This document shows positions 35,910-46,136 of a DNA stretch of 64,000 bases, piece by piece. The DNA is from Bacteroidales bacterium. Its GTDB lineage: Bacteria > Bacteroidota > Bacteroidia > Bacteroidales > F082. A program made the position numbers and the translations under genes. Location of the stretch: assembly GCA_017549805.1 (NCBI GenBank), contig JAFYNJ010000018.1:12503-76502 (forward strand), in the 5' to 3' direction. Under the pieces are notes generated by a model, which worked only from the letters and a program-made list of their open reading frames with translations, did no database searches and was not told the DNA's origin. Within the stretch, counting starts at the first letter, position 1. Every line of letters begins with the position of its first letter.

Positions 35910-38900
35910 GTGCTGATTGTGGTGCTCGTCTCGATCATCATGAGTATCTTTGTTGCCATCCAAGACCCTATCATTCAGAAGTTTACCATCAGGATTGCAG
36001 GTGGTTACATCTCGCAAAAAACAGGAGCCGATGTCAAGATTGGACGATTGTACATCTCCCCCAACTTTACCATTCACATCGACCAATTTTCGGTCAAAGA
36101 CTTGGAAAACAACCAATTGTTATACATCGAAAAGTTGAGGGTGAGGCCTTTGATGGAGGAAATCATCCAAGGCGATATCCATCTGAGCGAAGTGGAATTG
36201 ACGAACGCCGAGGCCAACCTAATCACCTACGAGGGTGAGGACAAGATGAATTTCCAATTTTTGATCGACGCCTTCTCCACAGGAAAGAAAGAAAAAAGCA
36301 AGACGCCCACCAAGATTCGCGTTGATCACATCGCCTTGAACGACCTCGACTTCCAGTTCTGGAACCAAAACAAAGACAAGCCCGAAAAGACCGCCAACCA
36401 TGAGATGGATTATGCCCATATCGACCTCGACAGCATCCGACTCGACTTGGACGACCTCGTGATCATAGGCGATTCCATCCATGCCATCATCCATCATCTT
36501 TCTGCATCCGAAGCCAGCGGTTTTGCACTCAACCACCTGGAGTCGCAAACCACCGTATCGCAGCACGGCATCTTGCTCGACGGACTGAAATTGGAGACCG
36601 ACAACTCCAGATTGAACGCGGATCTCCACATGCTCTATAACGGCTTCGACGAATTCAAAGACTTCGTGAACAAGGTCAACTTCGACACCCAAATCCATCC
36701 TTCCAATATGAGAATCAGCGATTTGGGGCCATTTTCAAAAGTGTTGTATGAGATGAGCGACCCCGTTCGCCTGGAAGGTTGGATGAAAGGTCCCGTCAAC
36801 AATTTCAAGATCGACGATTTGAAGCTCGCCTTAGGAAAGGAAACAAGCTTTGTGGGTAGTATCGCCCTGCAGCCTTTGAACCTGCAAAACGGGAAGCAAT
36901 TGCTGAACATCAAGAAGATGGATTATTCTATCAACGATTTGGCCAATTTCCACATACCCACCCCCACCAAGACCATCCCTATCCCCTCGATGCTGGATGC
37001 CTTAGGGCACGGCACCGTAAAAGGATACTTCTCTGGATCCATCAACAACTTCACGGCCGATCTTTCCGCCACATCGGAGATAGGAAACGTAAACGCGGTG
37101 CTGGAAAGGCGCTTGGACGAACTGCATTACAGCGTATTCGAGGGAAATGTGGAAGCCGAGAGACTCAATGTGGGACTGTTGGCAAATGCCTCCAATATCG
37201 TTGGGGACCTCGACTTGAAAGCGAACGTCAATGCTCGACAGACTCAAGAGGGAATTGACCTTGTCATCGACGGCAGCATCGTTGACATGGCGCTATTGGG
37301 CAGCCAAATCGACCAAATCACCTTGAACGGCAATTTGTTCAAGAACTGCTTCAACGGCAACATCCTGGTTGACGATGACGATCTCAACATGGATTTCAAA
37401 GGTAGTTTCGACTTCAGCAATCCGAACGCTCTCGGTGGCAAGTTCAACGCCGACGTCTCCGCTGATCTTCATAAGCTCAATCTCGTCAAGAACGGAAAAA
37501 CCGCGATGGTAAAAGCCTCCATCAACGCCAACGGCAACAACTTCAATAACTTCAACAACGCCGAGGGCACCTTATCCGTCAAGAATTTCTCGTTCAAGAA
37601 CGACAATGGCAATCTCGCCATGAAAAGCCTCGATGCCTCCATCGTCAACGACAAGCTACTGCAAAAACGCATCGACCTTGACTGCGACTTCCTCCATTTC
37701 GAAATGGCCGGCAAGATGAACTTTGCCACCCTCACCACTGCCTTCAAGCAATATGTCCAATCCTATGTGGAGATTCCACAATGGACCGAAGAACTGGAGC
37801 AATTCGAAAAGAGCGGCAAGTCGTCCGAACAAGACTTTGCCGTCAAGTTGACCGTGTACGACTCCAAGCCGCTTACCGAAATGTTCGCTCCCAGCATCAC
37901 CATCGCCAACAACACTTCGCTGAACGGCACCTTCACCACCAAAGCCAATTCGTTGAGCTTTACCTTGCGTTCCAAGTTTATGAAAATCAACAACATCAAG
38001 GTAAACAACATTGAATGCAAGAGTCTCAGCTCGCCTCGATGGTCCATCACCCGACTCAACTTGGAAAAAATCATCTTGCGCGACAGCACCGAGGTCGATC
38101 CAACGGTGTTGGGATTGGACAACCTGGGAATTCTCGCGACACTGCACAACGACAGCATCAACACCCATCTCTTCTGGGACGATGTGGATCCCGACAACCA
38201 TAACAAAGCCGACATCCATGCGACCTTCCTTCCCAGGATTGGTGGCGGGCACTTCAGCATCAACAAGGCCAATATCGTGATCAACGATTCCTTGTGGACC
38301 GTGAATCCCAACAACTACATTGACATTGAAAACGACAAGATCCAACTCTCGAATGTGCAGTTGCTCAGCCATCACCAAAGCCTGAAAATCGACGGAACGG
38401 TACCCATGACACACAATGACACTCTTTCGGTCGATTTCGATGCCTTCGACCTATCCTCCTTCGACCTCTTGTACAAGGGACTGGGCTTCGATATCGATGG
38501 CTATGTGTATGGCAATGCCACCCTCAACGACCTGAAAAACGACATGAACATCTTCGCCAATCTCAACATCAAGGACTTGGGATTGGACGGCCAAACCTAC
38601 GGCGACATGGTGGTGGCCAGCCAGTGGAACAACGAAAAGGAATCCATCGAGTTGGATCTGGGACTCATCAACCAAATGAAGAAAGCGCTGAATCTCACAG
38701 GCTCCTTCTACCCCCGGAAGAAATCCGACAACCTCGACTTCAAGCTGGGCATCGACAGCCTGGATCTTGGCGTGGCCTCGCCCTTCCTCGGCAAAATAGC
38801 GAAACGCCTGCAAGGTTCGTGTTTCGGCGACATCGACATCAAGGGATCGTTCAAGGACATCGACTTGCAAGGTCAGGTTAAGATCAAAGATGGCGGCTGC

Positions 38901-40397
38901 AAGATCAACTTCCTGAACACCTTCTACACCTTTAGCCCCACCATCACGCTGACGAACAGCCTAATCACTCTGAAAGACCTCGCCCTTACCGACACTCTTG
39001 GCAATACCGCCATGGTTGCAGGAAACATCATCCATGACCATTTCAAGAACATGTACCTTGACATCAAGATGTTTCCGAACAATTTCCTGGCCATGGCCAC
39101 CACTGCCAACTTGAGTCCTTCGTTCTATGGTACCGCCGTGGCAAACGGCGTCGTGACCGTCGAAGGTCCCACCAACAACCTGACCTTGGAAATCAAGGCC
39201 AGAACCCGAAAAGGCACGGTTATGACCATCCCAATCGGTGGCAACACCAGTGTGAAGAAGCATGAGTTCATTACCTTCGTGGACAAAAAGGCCCTCGCCA
39301 TGGAACAGGACAGCATCGTCGAAGAGCCCGTCAAAAAGAAAGAAGCCAGCAACCTCAACCTCGCCATGAACCTTGACGTGAACGACGACGCACAGATCAA
39401 GATTGCCCTCCCCAACGGCATAGGATCCATGGAAGCCCGAGGCAATGGCGACATCAAACTCAACCTTGCCACTTCCACCAACGACATGTCGCTCATCGGC
39501 GACTATGTCATCAGCTCGGGAAGTCTCTCGCTCAACATCAAGGATATCATCCGCAGAAACTTCACTTTGGATCCTGGCAGCAAGATCTCATGGACCGGCG
39601 ATCCCGTCAACGGCACCATCAACGCCACTGGCGTCTATCAAACCAAGGTGGCACTCAGTTCCTTAGGACTCATCGACTCAACCAGCATGAGCGCCAGCAA
39701 TGTCAAAGTGGAATGTTTGGTGCGGCTGAAAAACAAGTTGATGAACCCTGACATTTCTTTCGGCCTGCGACTTCCCAACGCCTCCGAAGACTTGCAACTT
39801 GCCGTGTTCAACGTCATCGACACCAACAACCAGGCCAACATGCTTACCCAAGCCGTCTCGTTGCTGGTGCTGAACTCATTCACATACGGAAGCTCCGTGA
39901 ACAGCTATGACTTATTGACGGGACAACTGAACGACTTCATCTCACAATTCACAGAAAATATCGACATCAACATCAATTACAAACCTGGCGACGACTTGAG
40001 CAATGAGGAAATGACCGTTGACTTGAAGAAACAACTGTTCAACGACCGACTGACCATCGAGACCAACTTTGGCGTGATCATCCCGACCTCCACTTATAGC
40101 ACCAGTTCAACCAACATCATTGGCGATGTCAACCTGGATTACAAGATCACCAAGGACGGACGCTTGAGTGCGCAAGTGTTCAACCGCTCCAACTACAACA
40201 CCGTCTATTATCAATACACATACTACAAGATGGCGCCTTATACGCAGGGCATAGGTCTTTCCTACAAGAGGAGCTTCGATCGATTCAGGGACCTATTCAG
40301 AAAGCGCAGCAACCCCATCCTTCCCAACCGACCGGTCATCGAACGCCCAAGACCGGGAAACGACCAGAATCAAAACAACAATGAGCCAAGCAACTAA
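35910..40397 (+). CDS. tamB: Translocation and assembly module TamB-like protein
   Basis: 1495 aa with one N-terminal TM anchor, a long beta-rich body and a C-terminal DUF490-like end (DRLTIETNFGV...GDVNLDYKITKDGRLSAQVFNR). The start is uncertain: GTG at 35910, or possibly upstream ATT (see findings). Confidence 0.8.
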   Translation: MLIVVLVSIIMSIFVAIQDPIIQKFTIRIAGGYISQKTGADVKIGRLYISPNFTIHIDQFSVKDLENNQLLYIEKLRVRPLMEEIIQGDIHLSEVELTNAEANLITYEGEDKMNFQFLIDAFSTGKKEKSKTPTKIRVDHIALNDLDFQFWNQNKDKPEKTANHEMDYAHIDLDSIRLDLDDLVIIGDSIHAIIHHLSASEASGFALNHLESQTTVSQHGILLDGLKLETDNSRLNADLHMLYNGFDEFKDFVNKVNFDTQIHPSNMRISDLGPFSKVLYEMSDPVRLEGWMKGPVNNFKIDDLKLALGKETSFVGSIALQPLNLQNGKQLLNIKKMDYSINDLANFHIPTPTKTIPIPSMLDALGHGTVKGYFSGSINNFTADLSATSEIGNVNAVLERRLDELHYSVFEGNVEAERLNVGLLANASNIVGDLDLKANVNARQTQEGIDLVIDGSIVDMALLGSQIDQITLNGNLFKNCFNGNILVDDDDLNMDFKGSFDFSNPNALGGKFNADVSADLHKLNLVKNGKTAMVKASINANGNNFNNFNNAEGTLSVKNFSFKNDNGNLAMKSLDASIVNDKLLQKRIDLDCDFLHFEMAGKMNFATLTTAFKQYVQSYVEIPQWTEELEQFEKSGKSSEQDFAVKLTVYDSKPLTEMFAPSITIANNTSLNGTFTTKANSLSFTLRSKFMKINNIKVNNIECKSLSSPRWSITRLNLEKIILRDSTEVDPTVLGLDNLGILATLHNDSINTHLFWDDVDPDNHNKADIHATFLPRIGGGHFSINKANIVINDSLWTVNPNNYIDIENDKIQLSNVQLLSHHQSLKIDGTVPMTHNDTLSVDFDAFDLSSFDLLYKGLGFDIDGYVYGNATLNDLKNDMNIFANLNIKDLGLDGQTYGDMVVASQWNNEKESIELDLGLINQMKKALNLTGSFYPRKKSDNLDFKLGIDSLDLGVASPFLGKIAKRLQGSCFGDIDIKGSFKDIDLQGQVKIKDGGCKINFLNTFYTFSPTITLTNSLITLKDLALTDTLGNTAMVAGNIIHDHFKNMYLDIKMFPNNFLAMATTANLSPSFYGTAVANGVVTVEGPTNNLTLEIKARTRKGTVMTIPIGGNTSVKKHEFITFVDKKALAMEQDSIVEEPVKKKEASNLNLAMNLDVNDDAQIKIALPNGIGSMEARGNGDIKLNLATSTNDMSLIGDYVISSGSLSLNIKDIIRRNFTLDPGSKISWTGDPVNGTINATGVYQTKVALSSLGLIDSTSMSASNVKVECLVRLKNKLMNPDISFGLRLPNASEDLQLAVFNVIDTNNQANMLTQAVSLLVLNSFTYGSSVNSYDLLTGQLNDFISQFTENIDININYKPGDDLSNEEMTVDLKKQLFNDRLTIETNFGVIIPTSTYSTSSTNIIGDVNLDYKITKDGRLSAQVFNRSNYNTVYYQYTYYKMAPYTQGIGLSYKRSFDRFRDLFRKRSNPILPNRPVIERPRPGNDQNQNNNEPSN

Positions 40398-43300
40398 AAA
40401 CTTCAAGGTCTATCAAGCCTCCGCAGGATCCGGTAAGACCTATACCATAGTCAAGGAATATCTCAAACTGTGCCTGAAAGACAGCAACTCCACAACCAAT
40501 TTCAGCCAAATCCTTGCCATCACCTTTACCAACAAGGCGGCCAACGAGATGAAGGAAAAGATTGTGCAGCAGCTCAACGACATCATCAACAGCGATCCGA
40601 GCCAAGCGCCCCAAGGCATGGAAGCCGACTTGATTGAAGAGCTCAACATCGGCAGGGAGTCCCTGAAAGTCAATGCTCAATTGCTATTCCAACACATCAT
40701 CCACGATTATAGCAGTTTCTGCGTCAGCACCATCGACTCGTTTGTTCAAAAGCTGGCTCGATCCTTTGCAAAGGACCTCCATCTGCCTACCCAATATAAT
40801 GTCAACATCGACAAGGAAGAAACAGCCGATGCCATCACCGATCGCCTTGGAGAACAAATAGGAAGCTCCGATACCTACCTGACCGAAATTGTTGAGGACT
40901 TCAGCAAGACAAAGTTTGACAATGAGAAGAGCTTCAAAATCACCAAAGACATCTATGAGTTCGTCATAAAGCTCTTTTCGGAAGAGGCTTACCAGAAAAA
41001 CGAGACAAATCATTTTGAGACCAAGGAACAATACGAAGAAACGCTCGACTTTCTCCGAAAGAAGACCCAACCTTTTGAAGCCCAATGCCGGAAGTTTGTC
41101 AAGGAATTCGATGCCTTCATTAAGAGGAACGGCCTTACCGCCAATGACTTCTACAAACAAAGCACCAGTCCCTGCATCAGCATCTTCAAAAAACTGAAGA
41201 AAAACGAATACGGCCTTGTCAACGACAACCTCGCCAAAATAATCAAGGGCGATGCCCACTGGTATCACAATACCCTGCCCAATCGCATCGGAGCCACCGC
41301 TCTTGAGGCACTCGACAAGGATTTCCAGCAGACAATCCTCCCCTTTCTCAAATCCTATCAAGCCCAAATCGGCAACTTCTTATTCTACAAGGAACAGCTA
41401 AATAATCTCAGCCTCTATGTGTTGCGATTCAAGCTCAAATCCGAGATAGAGAGCTATATCGGTGAAGAACAGATTGTCCCCATCTCAGAGTTCAACAAAC
41501 GCATCAACCAAATCCTGGGCGATTTTTCCGTACCTTTCATCTACGAACGGCTTGGGGAGCATTTCAGGCATCTCTTTATCGACGAGTTCCAGGACACCTC
41601 CGTGCTGCAGTGGCAGAACCTCATGCCGCTTGTTGACAACAGCTTGGCCAACAACAACATGAGCATGATCGTGGGCGACGGCAAGCAATCGATCTACCGT
41701 TTCCGCAATGGCGAGGTGGGACAAATCATCAACCTCCCGTTCATTTACGGCAAACCCACCGACGCGCCTGCCTTTGACGATTATGAGAGAAATTTCCACA
41801 ACAACTTCAATTTCAATGCATTAAACCGAAATTTCAGGTCGTTTAAGAACATCGTTGATTTCAACAACAGCTTCTTCGAGTTCAGTTCCGCCTATCTTCC
41901 CGAGAGTTGCCGGAAAGTCTATGTCGATCAAAACGAATACAAGCAGGTATCCATCGAACAGCAGCATTTTTTCGAAGAAGAAGGATTTGTCCAAGTTGAG
42001 TTGATTGACGCCAATCCCAGCAATGCCGATCCCATGCTTTCGCGCATCAAGGAGCTGATTGAGGACCTGACCAGCAAAGGGTTCCGCAAAAGCGACATCA
42101 CCATTTTGATCCGTACCAACAAGATTGGGGTGTTGATTGCCGATTACCTCAACAAAAACGGCATTGACATCTTCTCTGCAGAGTCCATCCTGCTGTGTGC
42201 CTCCGACAAGGTCCAGCTGATTGTCAACTCACTGGATTACCTGATCCACAATGACAATCCAGCCAAGATTGCAACGGTGCTGTATTATTGGAATGCCACG
42301 CATCAAGCTAATTTCAATGGGGTTGTGGACGGGTTCTTCGACAAGGTCGCGATGATCGGCCAAGGCCAAACCACCATGGAGAAAGCCATGAAATTGGAAC
42401 CGGACGTCTTCAAGTCATTGCTGTCCAAATCATACAGCCTATATGACCTTTGTTCAGCATTGATGCGGCTTTACGGCTTCAACACGGTTGGCGATGCCTC
42501 CCTCAACTTCCTGCTCGACGTCGTTTTCAAATGGCAGCATTCTAACGAAAACGGCATCGATGGTTTTTTGGAATTTTGGGAAACGAAGAAGGACGACCTT
42601 TCTGTGCTATGCAACAATGTGGATGCCGTCAATATTATGACCGTCCACAAGTCGAAAGGCCTGGCCTTCCCGGTGGTCATCTATCCCTTTGTAAAGGACG
42701 ACCTTAACGACCGAAAGACCAACTCCATCTGGATTACGCCTGAGGAATTGGGATTCGAGACCATCCCTAACATCGAAAAGGTGCAGTTCGATCTCACCGA
42801 AAACAACTCCAAGTTGAACCCCAAAACCCAAAAGATTGTCGAACAGGAGCTGGAAAAAGTCCGTCTCGACAATCTGAATGTCCACTATGTGGCTTTCACC
42901 AGGCCCAGACAACGGCTCCATATCCTTGCCTATCAAAACAACGACACCACGGGGAAAAGCCCAATAAATGCCTTCCTCAAATCCCATCCCGACAGTTACG
43001 GGGATCCCGAAAGCCGCAAGGTGGAAAGCAATAAAGAGCCCGACCTTCCTGAAGAAATCCACAACGATTCGAGATCCAGCGAGTGGTTCGACAAGATCAG
43101 CATCGACCCCATGCCGAGCATGTTCTGGATATCGAAGGAAAACAAGATGAAACCCGTGGAATGGGGCACCTTTGTCCATCAGGCACTGTCGGAAGTCCAG
43201 CATGCCGAGGACATCCATCATGTGTTGGATCCCTACATCAATTCCGGAATCCTCGACACACAAACCGCTTTGATGCTGCAAGGCATTTTCGTGCAGATGG

Positions 43301-43593
43301 TCATCCATCCTTCCATTTACGAGGCTTTCACCGACCAAGCCAAGGTAAAGAACGAATGCGAGATCCTGTCGCACCAATACGGCATCATCCGTCCCGACCG
43401 TTATGCGGAGCTGCCCGACAAGATCATCCTTTTGGATTACAAGACCGGCCAGAAGGAACGCAAGCATCACGACCAGCTCATGGAATACGCCACCGTCCTG
43501 AAAGAGATGGTCAACAAGAAGATCGACGCCTATCTGGTGTATTTGGGCGATACGGTAGAGGTGGTGCCAGTCCTCAACAATGTCAAAAAATAA
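40381..43593 (+). CDS. UvrD/AddA-type helicase with C-terminal PD-(D/E)xK nuclease domain
   Basis: Walker A SAGSGKTY, FIDEFQDTS, VGDGKQSIYRFRNG, TVHKSKGLAFP, YVAFTRPRQRL. Nuclease-like IIRPDRY...ILLDYKTG. It overlaps the tamB end by 17 nt. Confidence 0.85.
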   Translation: MSQATKNFKVYQASAGSGKTYTIVKEYLKLCLKDSNSTTNFSQILAITFTNKAANEMKEKIVQQLNDIINSDPSQAPQGMEADLIEELNIGRESLKVNAQLLFQHIIHDYSSFCVSTIDSFVQKLARSFAKDLHLPTQYNVNIDKEETADAITDRLGEQIGSSDTYLTEIVEDFSKTKFDNEKSFKITKDIYEFVIKLFSEEAYQKNETNHFETKEQYEETLDFLRKKTQPFEAQCRKFVKEFDAFIKRNGLTANDFYKQSTSPCISIFKKLKKNEYGLVNDNLAKIIKGDAHWYHNTLPNRIGATALEALDKDFQQTILPFLKSYQAQIGNFLFYKEQLNNLSLYVLRFKLKSEIESYIGEEQIVPISEFNKRINQILGDFSVPFIYERLGEHFRHLFIDEFQDTSVLQWQNLMPLVDNSLANNNMSMIVGDGKQSIYRFRNGEVGQIINLPFIYGKPTDAPAFDDYERNFHNNFNFNALNRNFRSFKNIVDFNNSFFEFSSAYLPESCRKVYVDQNEYKQVSIEQQHFFEEEGFVQVELIDANPSNADPMLSRIKELIEDLTSKGFRKSDITILIRTNKIGVLIADYLNKNGIDIFSAESILLCASDKVQLIVNSLDYLIHNDNPAKIATVLYYWNATHQANFNGVVDGFFDKVAMIGQGQTTMEKAMKLEPDVFKSLLSKSYSLYDLCSALMRLYGFNTVGDASLNFLLDVVFKWQHSNENGIDGFLEFWETKKDDLSVLCNNVDAVNIMTVHKSKGLAFPVVIYPFVKDDLNDRKTNSIWITPEELGFETIPNIEKVQFDLTENNSKLNPKTQKIVEQELEKVRLDNLNVHYVAFTRPRQRLHILAYQNNDTTGKSPINAFLKSHPDSYGDPESRKVESNKEPDLPEEIHNDSRSSEWFDKISIDPMPSMFWISKENKMKPVEWGTFVHQALSEVQHAEDIHHVLDPYINSGILDTQTALMLQGIFVQMVIHPSIYEAFTDQAKVKNECEILSHQYGIIRPDRYAELPDKIILLDYKTGQKERKHHDQLMEYATVLKEMVNKKIDAYLVYLGDTVEVVPVLNNVKK

Positions 43594-43596
43594 AGA

Positions 43597-43654
43597 TTGC
43601 ACTTCAAAAAGTGTAGTTTGATATAATTTTTGCACTTTAAAAAGTGCAGTTTGA
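43597..43654. repeat. Two 25-bp direct repeats, each containing a GCACTT-N4-AAGTGC-type palindrome, 33 bp apart
   Basis: TTGCACTTCAAAAAGTGTAGTTTGA (43597..43621) and TTGCACTTTAAAAAGTGCAGTTTGA (43630..43654). They sit between the addA-like stop and the ATPase promoter. Confidence 0.8.
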
Positions 43655-43665
43655 AGAATTTTTAC

Positions 43666-43673
43666 TATTTTTG
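43666..43673 (+). promoter_or_regulatory. -7 promoter box TAttTTTG upstream of the AAA ATPase gene
   Basis: Exact TAnnTTTG match 15 nt before the ATG at 43688. Confidence 0.45.
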
Positions 43674-43687
43674 CAAAAAAATATGGT

Positions 43688-44863
43688 ATGGAAACACTAA
43701 TTGAGTCTTTTAAGATATTGCTGGATTTGACCCCAATGGATTATGTCAGAAGCTTTCATGACAAAATCAATTGGAAAAACAGGCTTATTGGGCTGATGGG
43801 TCAGAAGGGCGTGGGGAAATCGACGCTTTTGCTCCAGCACATCAAGAATTATGACAACCTTGAGGAAACGCTGTATGTTCAGGCCGATGACATGTATTTC
43901 GCCGGGCACGGACTATTTGAAACTGCATACGATTTCTTCAAAAGAGGCGGAAAACGCTTGTATATAGACGAAATTCACAAATACAAAGGTTGGTCCACAG
44001 AGATTAAAATGATTTATGACAGGTTGCCTTCGCTGTCAGTCGTTTATTCTGGAAGTTCACTCTTGGCATTGAAAAAAGGTGGTTCCGCAGACTTAAGCAG
44101 GCGTACCATCGAATACACCATGCCTGGCCTATCGTTCAGGGAATACCTCAATATCGCCAATGGGTGGAATCTAAAAACCTCGTCGTTGGCAGACATCCTA
44201 AAAGGGAAAGTCGATTTCCCGTATGGGGAGCACCGCCCGCTGAAATATTTTGAGGAATACCGCAAAAAAGGTTATTATCCCTATTTCAAGGAAGAAGATT
44301 TCCTTACAAAACTGAAACAGGCCATCAACGAGACCGTTGAACACGACATCCCCGCATACGCCGAGATGCCTATAGCTTCGGCCGTAAAGTTGAAAAAGTT
44401 GATGTATGTGCTGGCCAACAGCGTGCCATTCAAACCGAACTACAGCAAACTGTCGCGTGAATTGGAAATCGGGCGAAACCAGCTCCCAGAGTACATCAAT
44501 TATCTTGAAAAGGCCCGTCTTTTCAATGGTTTAAAAGAAAAGGGCGCAAGCGATTCGATCATCCAGAAGGTAGAAAAACTATACTTGAGCAACAGCAACA
44601 TAGCTTACGCCATCTCCGACACCAAACCCGACGAGGGGACTGTTAGGGAAATGCTGTTCCTCACATGGATGCGCGAGTTGTACATTGTAACAACCTCTAA
44701 GATATCCGATTTCGAAATTGATGGGATCACTTTTGAGGTTGGCGGCAAGAGCAAGAAGGGGCAGCAGGTTAAAGACGCCTCCATCGCCTATCTCGTGAAG
44801 GACGGAATAGAATACGCCGGGGGCAATTCCATTCCTATCTGGATGTTTGGGTTTGTTTATTAA
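43688..44863 (+). CDS. AAA family ATPase (AAA_14 plus DUF4143-type architecture)
   Basis: Walker A GQKGVGKST, Walker B LYIDEIH. Length and C-terminal half are typical of COG1373-type ATPases. Confidence 0.75.
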   Translation: METLIESFKILLDLTPMDYVRSFHDKINWKNRLIGLMGQKGVGKSTLLLQHIKNYDNLEETLYVQADDMYFAGHGLFETAYDFFKRGGKRLYIDEIHKYKGWSTEIKMIYDRLPSLSVVYSGSSLLALKKGGSADLSRRTIEYTMPGLSFREYLNIANGWNLKTSSLADILKGKVDFPYGEHRPLKYFEEYRKKGYYPYFKEEDFLTKLKQAINETVEHDIPAYAEMPIASAVKLKKLMYVLANSVPFKPNYSKLSRELEIGRNQLPEYINYLEKARLFNGLKEKGASDSIIQKVEKLYLSNSNIAYAISDTKPDEGTVREMLFLTWMRELYIVTTSKISDFEIDGITFEVGGKSKKGQQVKDASIAYLVKDGIEYAGGNSIPIWMFGFVY

Positions 44864-44890
44864 AGATACTATTGCCCAACGCAACCTGAT

Positions 44891-45130
44891 TCACTCATCC
44901 CCTACCACGCAATACACAAACTCCCTTTCGACCGACTTCTCATAAGACCTTCGATATTGGATTTCTTTTCTCAGCCGCCCGAACTCCTCATGCAATGCGC
45001 TGATTTGCTTGTTGACAGCTTTGATTTTGGCGGCATCGGTTAGCGTGGGGTTCTTTTGATTTAAGGACTTGATTTGGAGCTTTAGAGCATGTGGTTTTTC
45101 TGAATTAGCTATTGGTCTATGTCTTTTGAA
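44891..45130 (-). pseudogene. Startless copy of the 73-aa coiled-coil gene at 45838..46059
   Basis: Hand translation gives an open 79-codon frame ...EKPHALKLQIKSLNQKNPTLTDAAKIKAVNKQISALHEEFGRLRKEIQYRRSYEKSVEREFVYCVVGDE*. It is collinear with MEDLEKLQFLKFQIKDLEQKRTSLTDADQIKAINKQINAFQEELGKLREILKHERAFLKDVEREFIHCEIGGD. No ATG/GTG/TTG lies upstream of the conserved part. Confidence 0.55.
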
Positions 45131-45247
45131 TTATGATAATGGCTTTATAAAAACAGTTCTTTGTTGCAAAAGCAAAAAAACTTAACTCTTGACGATTATT
45201 ATCTATTTTTGAACCATAAATGCCTAATCGATATGCAATTCCCTTAA

Positions 45248-45796
45248 CTATGCAAGGTCTCTTTCTTTTATTTCTAATATTGTCAAAACTGCAGATTCAG
45301 AACAATAACCGCTACAAGCCTCTTCTTTCAGAAAATGCCGCATCAGATGTTCAAAACACCAAGAGAGTGAAAAAGAAATATCGTCGCGTTTCTTTTTTAA
45401 TAGTGTCAATGTTTTTTGATAATCTTTATTAGTGATTATGCCATCTCTCAACGACTTTTTCAAATCCTTAATCTTTTGCTCTACGATTTCAAACTCACGT
45501 TTTGCTTGGGCTTTTTGGTCAAAGTAATCCGGCAAGGCTTTCATTATTTCATCCCTGTGTTCGACAACTAAATTGTAAAAGTCCCAAAGGCCCATGAGTG
45601 TTTGTTTTGCACGCTCCTCTGCCTTTTCTCCTGTCCATCCGAAAGGCGCAAAATATGGTATATGGCTTCCGCCGTGCAAATAACCGCTAGGTATTTCCAA
45701 AGAGCACACCAAATCTTTATGAGAATATGAGAACTTCCCTCTTATGATAGTTCCTTCGTATTCAAATTGGATTTCTTTTTCAGGACTATTTTCCAT
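45248..45796 (-). CDS. Hypothetical protein (182 aa)
   Basis: Longest ORF in an AT-rich stretch, co-oriented with its neighbours. No recognisable motif. Confidence 0.5.
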   Translation of the reverse strand: MENSPEKEIQFEYEGTIIRGKFSYSHKDLVCSLEIPSGYLHGGSHIPYFAPFGWTGEKAEERAKQTLMGLWDFYNLVVEHRDEIMKALPDYFDQKAQAKREFEIVEQKIKDLKKSLRDGIITNKDYQKTLTLLKKKRDDISFSLSWCFEHLMRHFLKEEACSGYCSESAVLTILEIKERDLA

Positions 45797-45837
45797 TATT
45801 TAAATTATTCTTGGCTCCCGAAGCATCAATACTGTTA

Positions 45838-46059
45838 TTAATCACCCCCAATCTCACAGTGGATAAACTCTCTTTCAACGTCTTTCAGAAAGGCCCTCTC
45901 GTGTTTCAGTATTTCCCTCAACTTCCCAAGCTCTTCCTGGAAGGCGTTGATTTGCTTGTTAATGGCTTTGATTTGGTCAGCATCAGTCAGCGAGGTCCTC
46001 TTTTGCTCCAAGTCTTTGATTTGAAACTTTAGGAATTGTAGTTTTTCTAAATCTTCCAT
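45838..46059 (-). CDS. Hypothetical coiled-coil protein (73 aa)
   Basis: Heptad-like charged sequence. It shares the L-Q-I-x-x-L-x-Q-K...LTD...I-x-A-[IV]-[ND]-[KQ]-Q-I module with 44891..45130 and with the N-terminus of 46962..47579. Confidence 0.5.
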   Translation of the reverse strand: MEDLEKLQFLKFQIKDLEQKRTSLTDADQIKAINKQINAFQEELGKLREILKHERAFLKDVEREFIHCEIGGD

Positions 46060-46088
46060 TATTTTATGGTTTTACAATTTGATAGGCT

Positions 46089-46115
46089 CAAAATAAGAGG
46101 CGGCCAAGCCGCCTC
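46089..46115 (-). terminator. Rho-independent terminator after the 46137..46358 gene
   Basis: Minus strand reads GAGGCGGC-TTG-GCCGCCTC followed by TTATTTT. Confidence 0.65.
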
Positions 46116-46136
46116 CTTCAATAATGCTTTCAAACG

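Noticed and set aside
36219-43635. Antisense ORFs inside tamB and the AddA-like gene (36219..36698, 37656..38414, 40684..41367, 42607..43635)
   Set aside because: They are fully contained in long, motif-supported plus-strand genes and are shadow frames.
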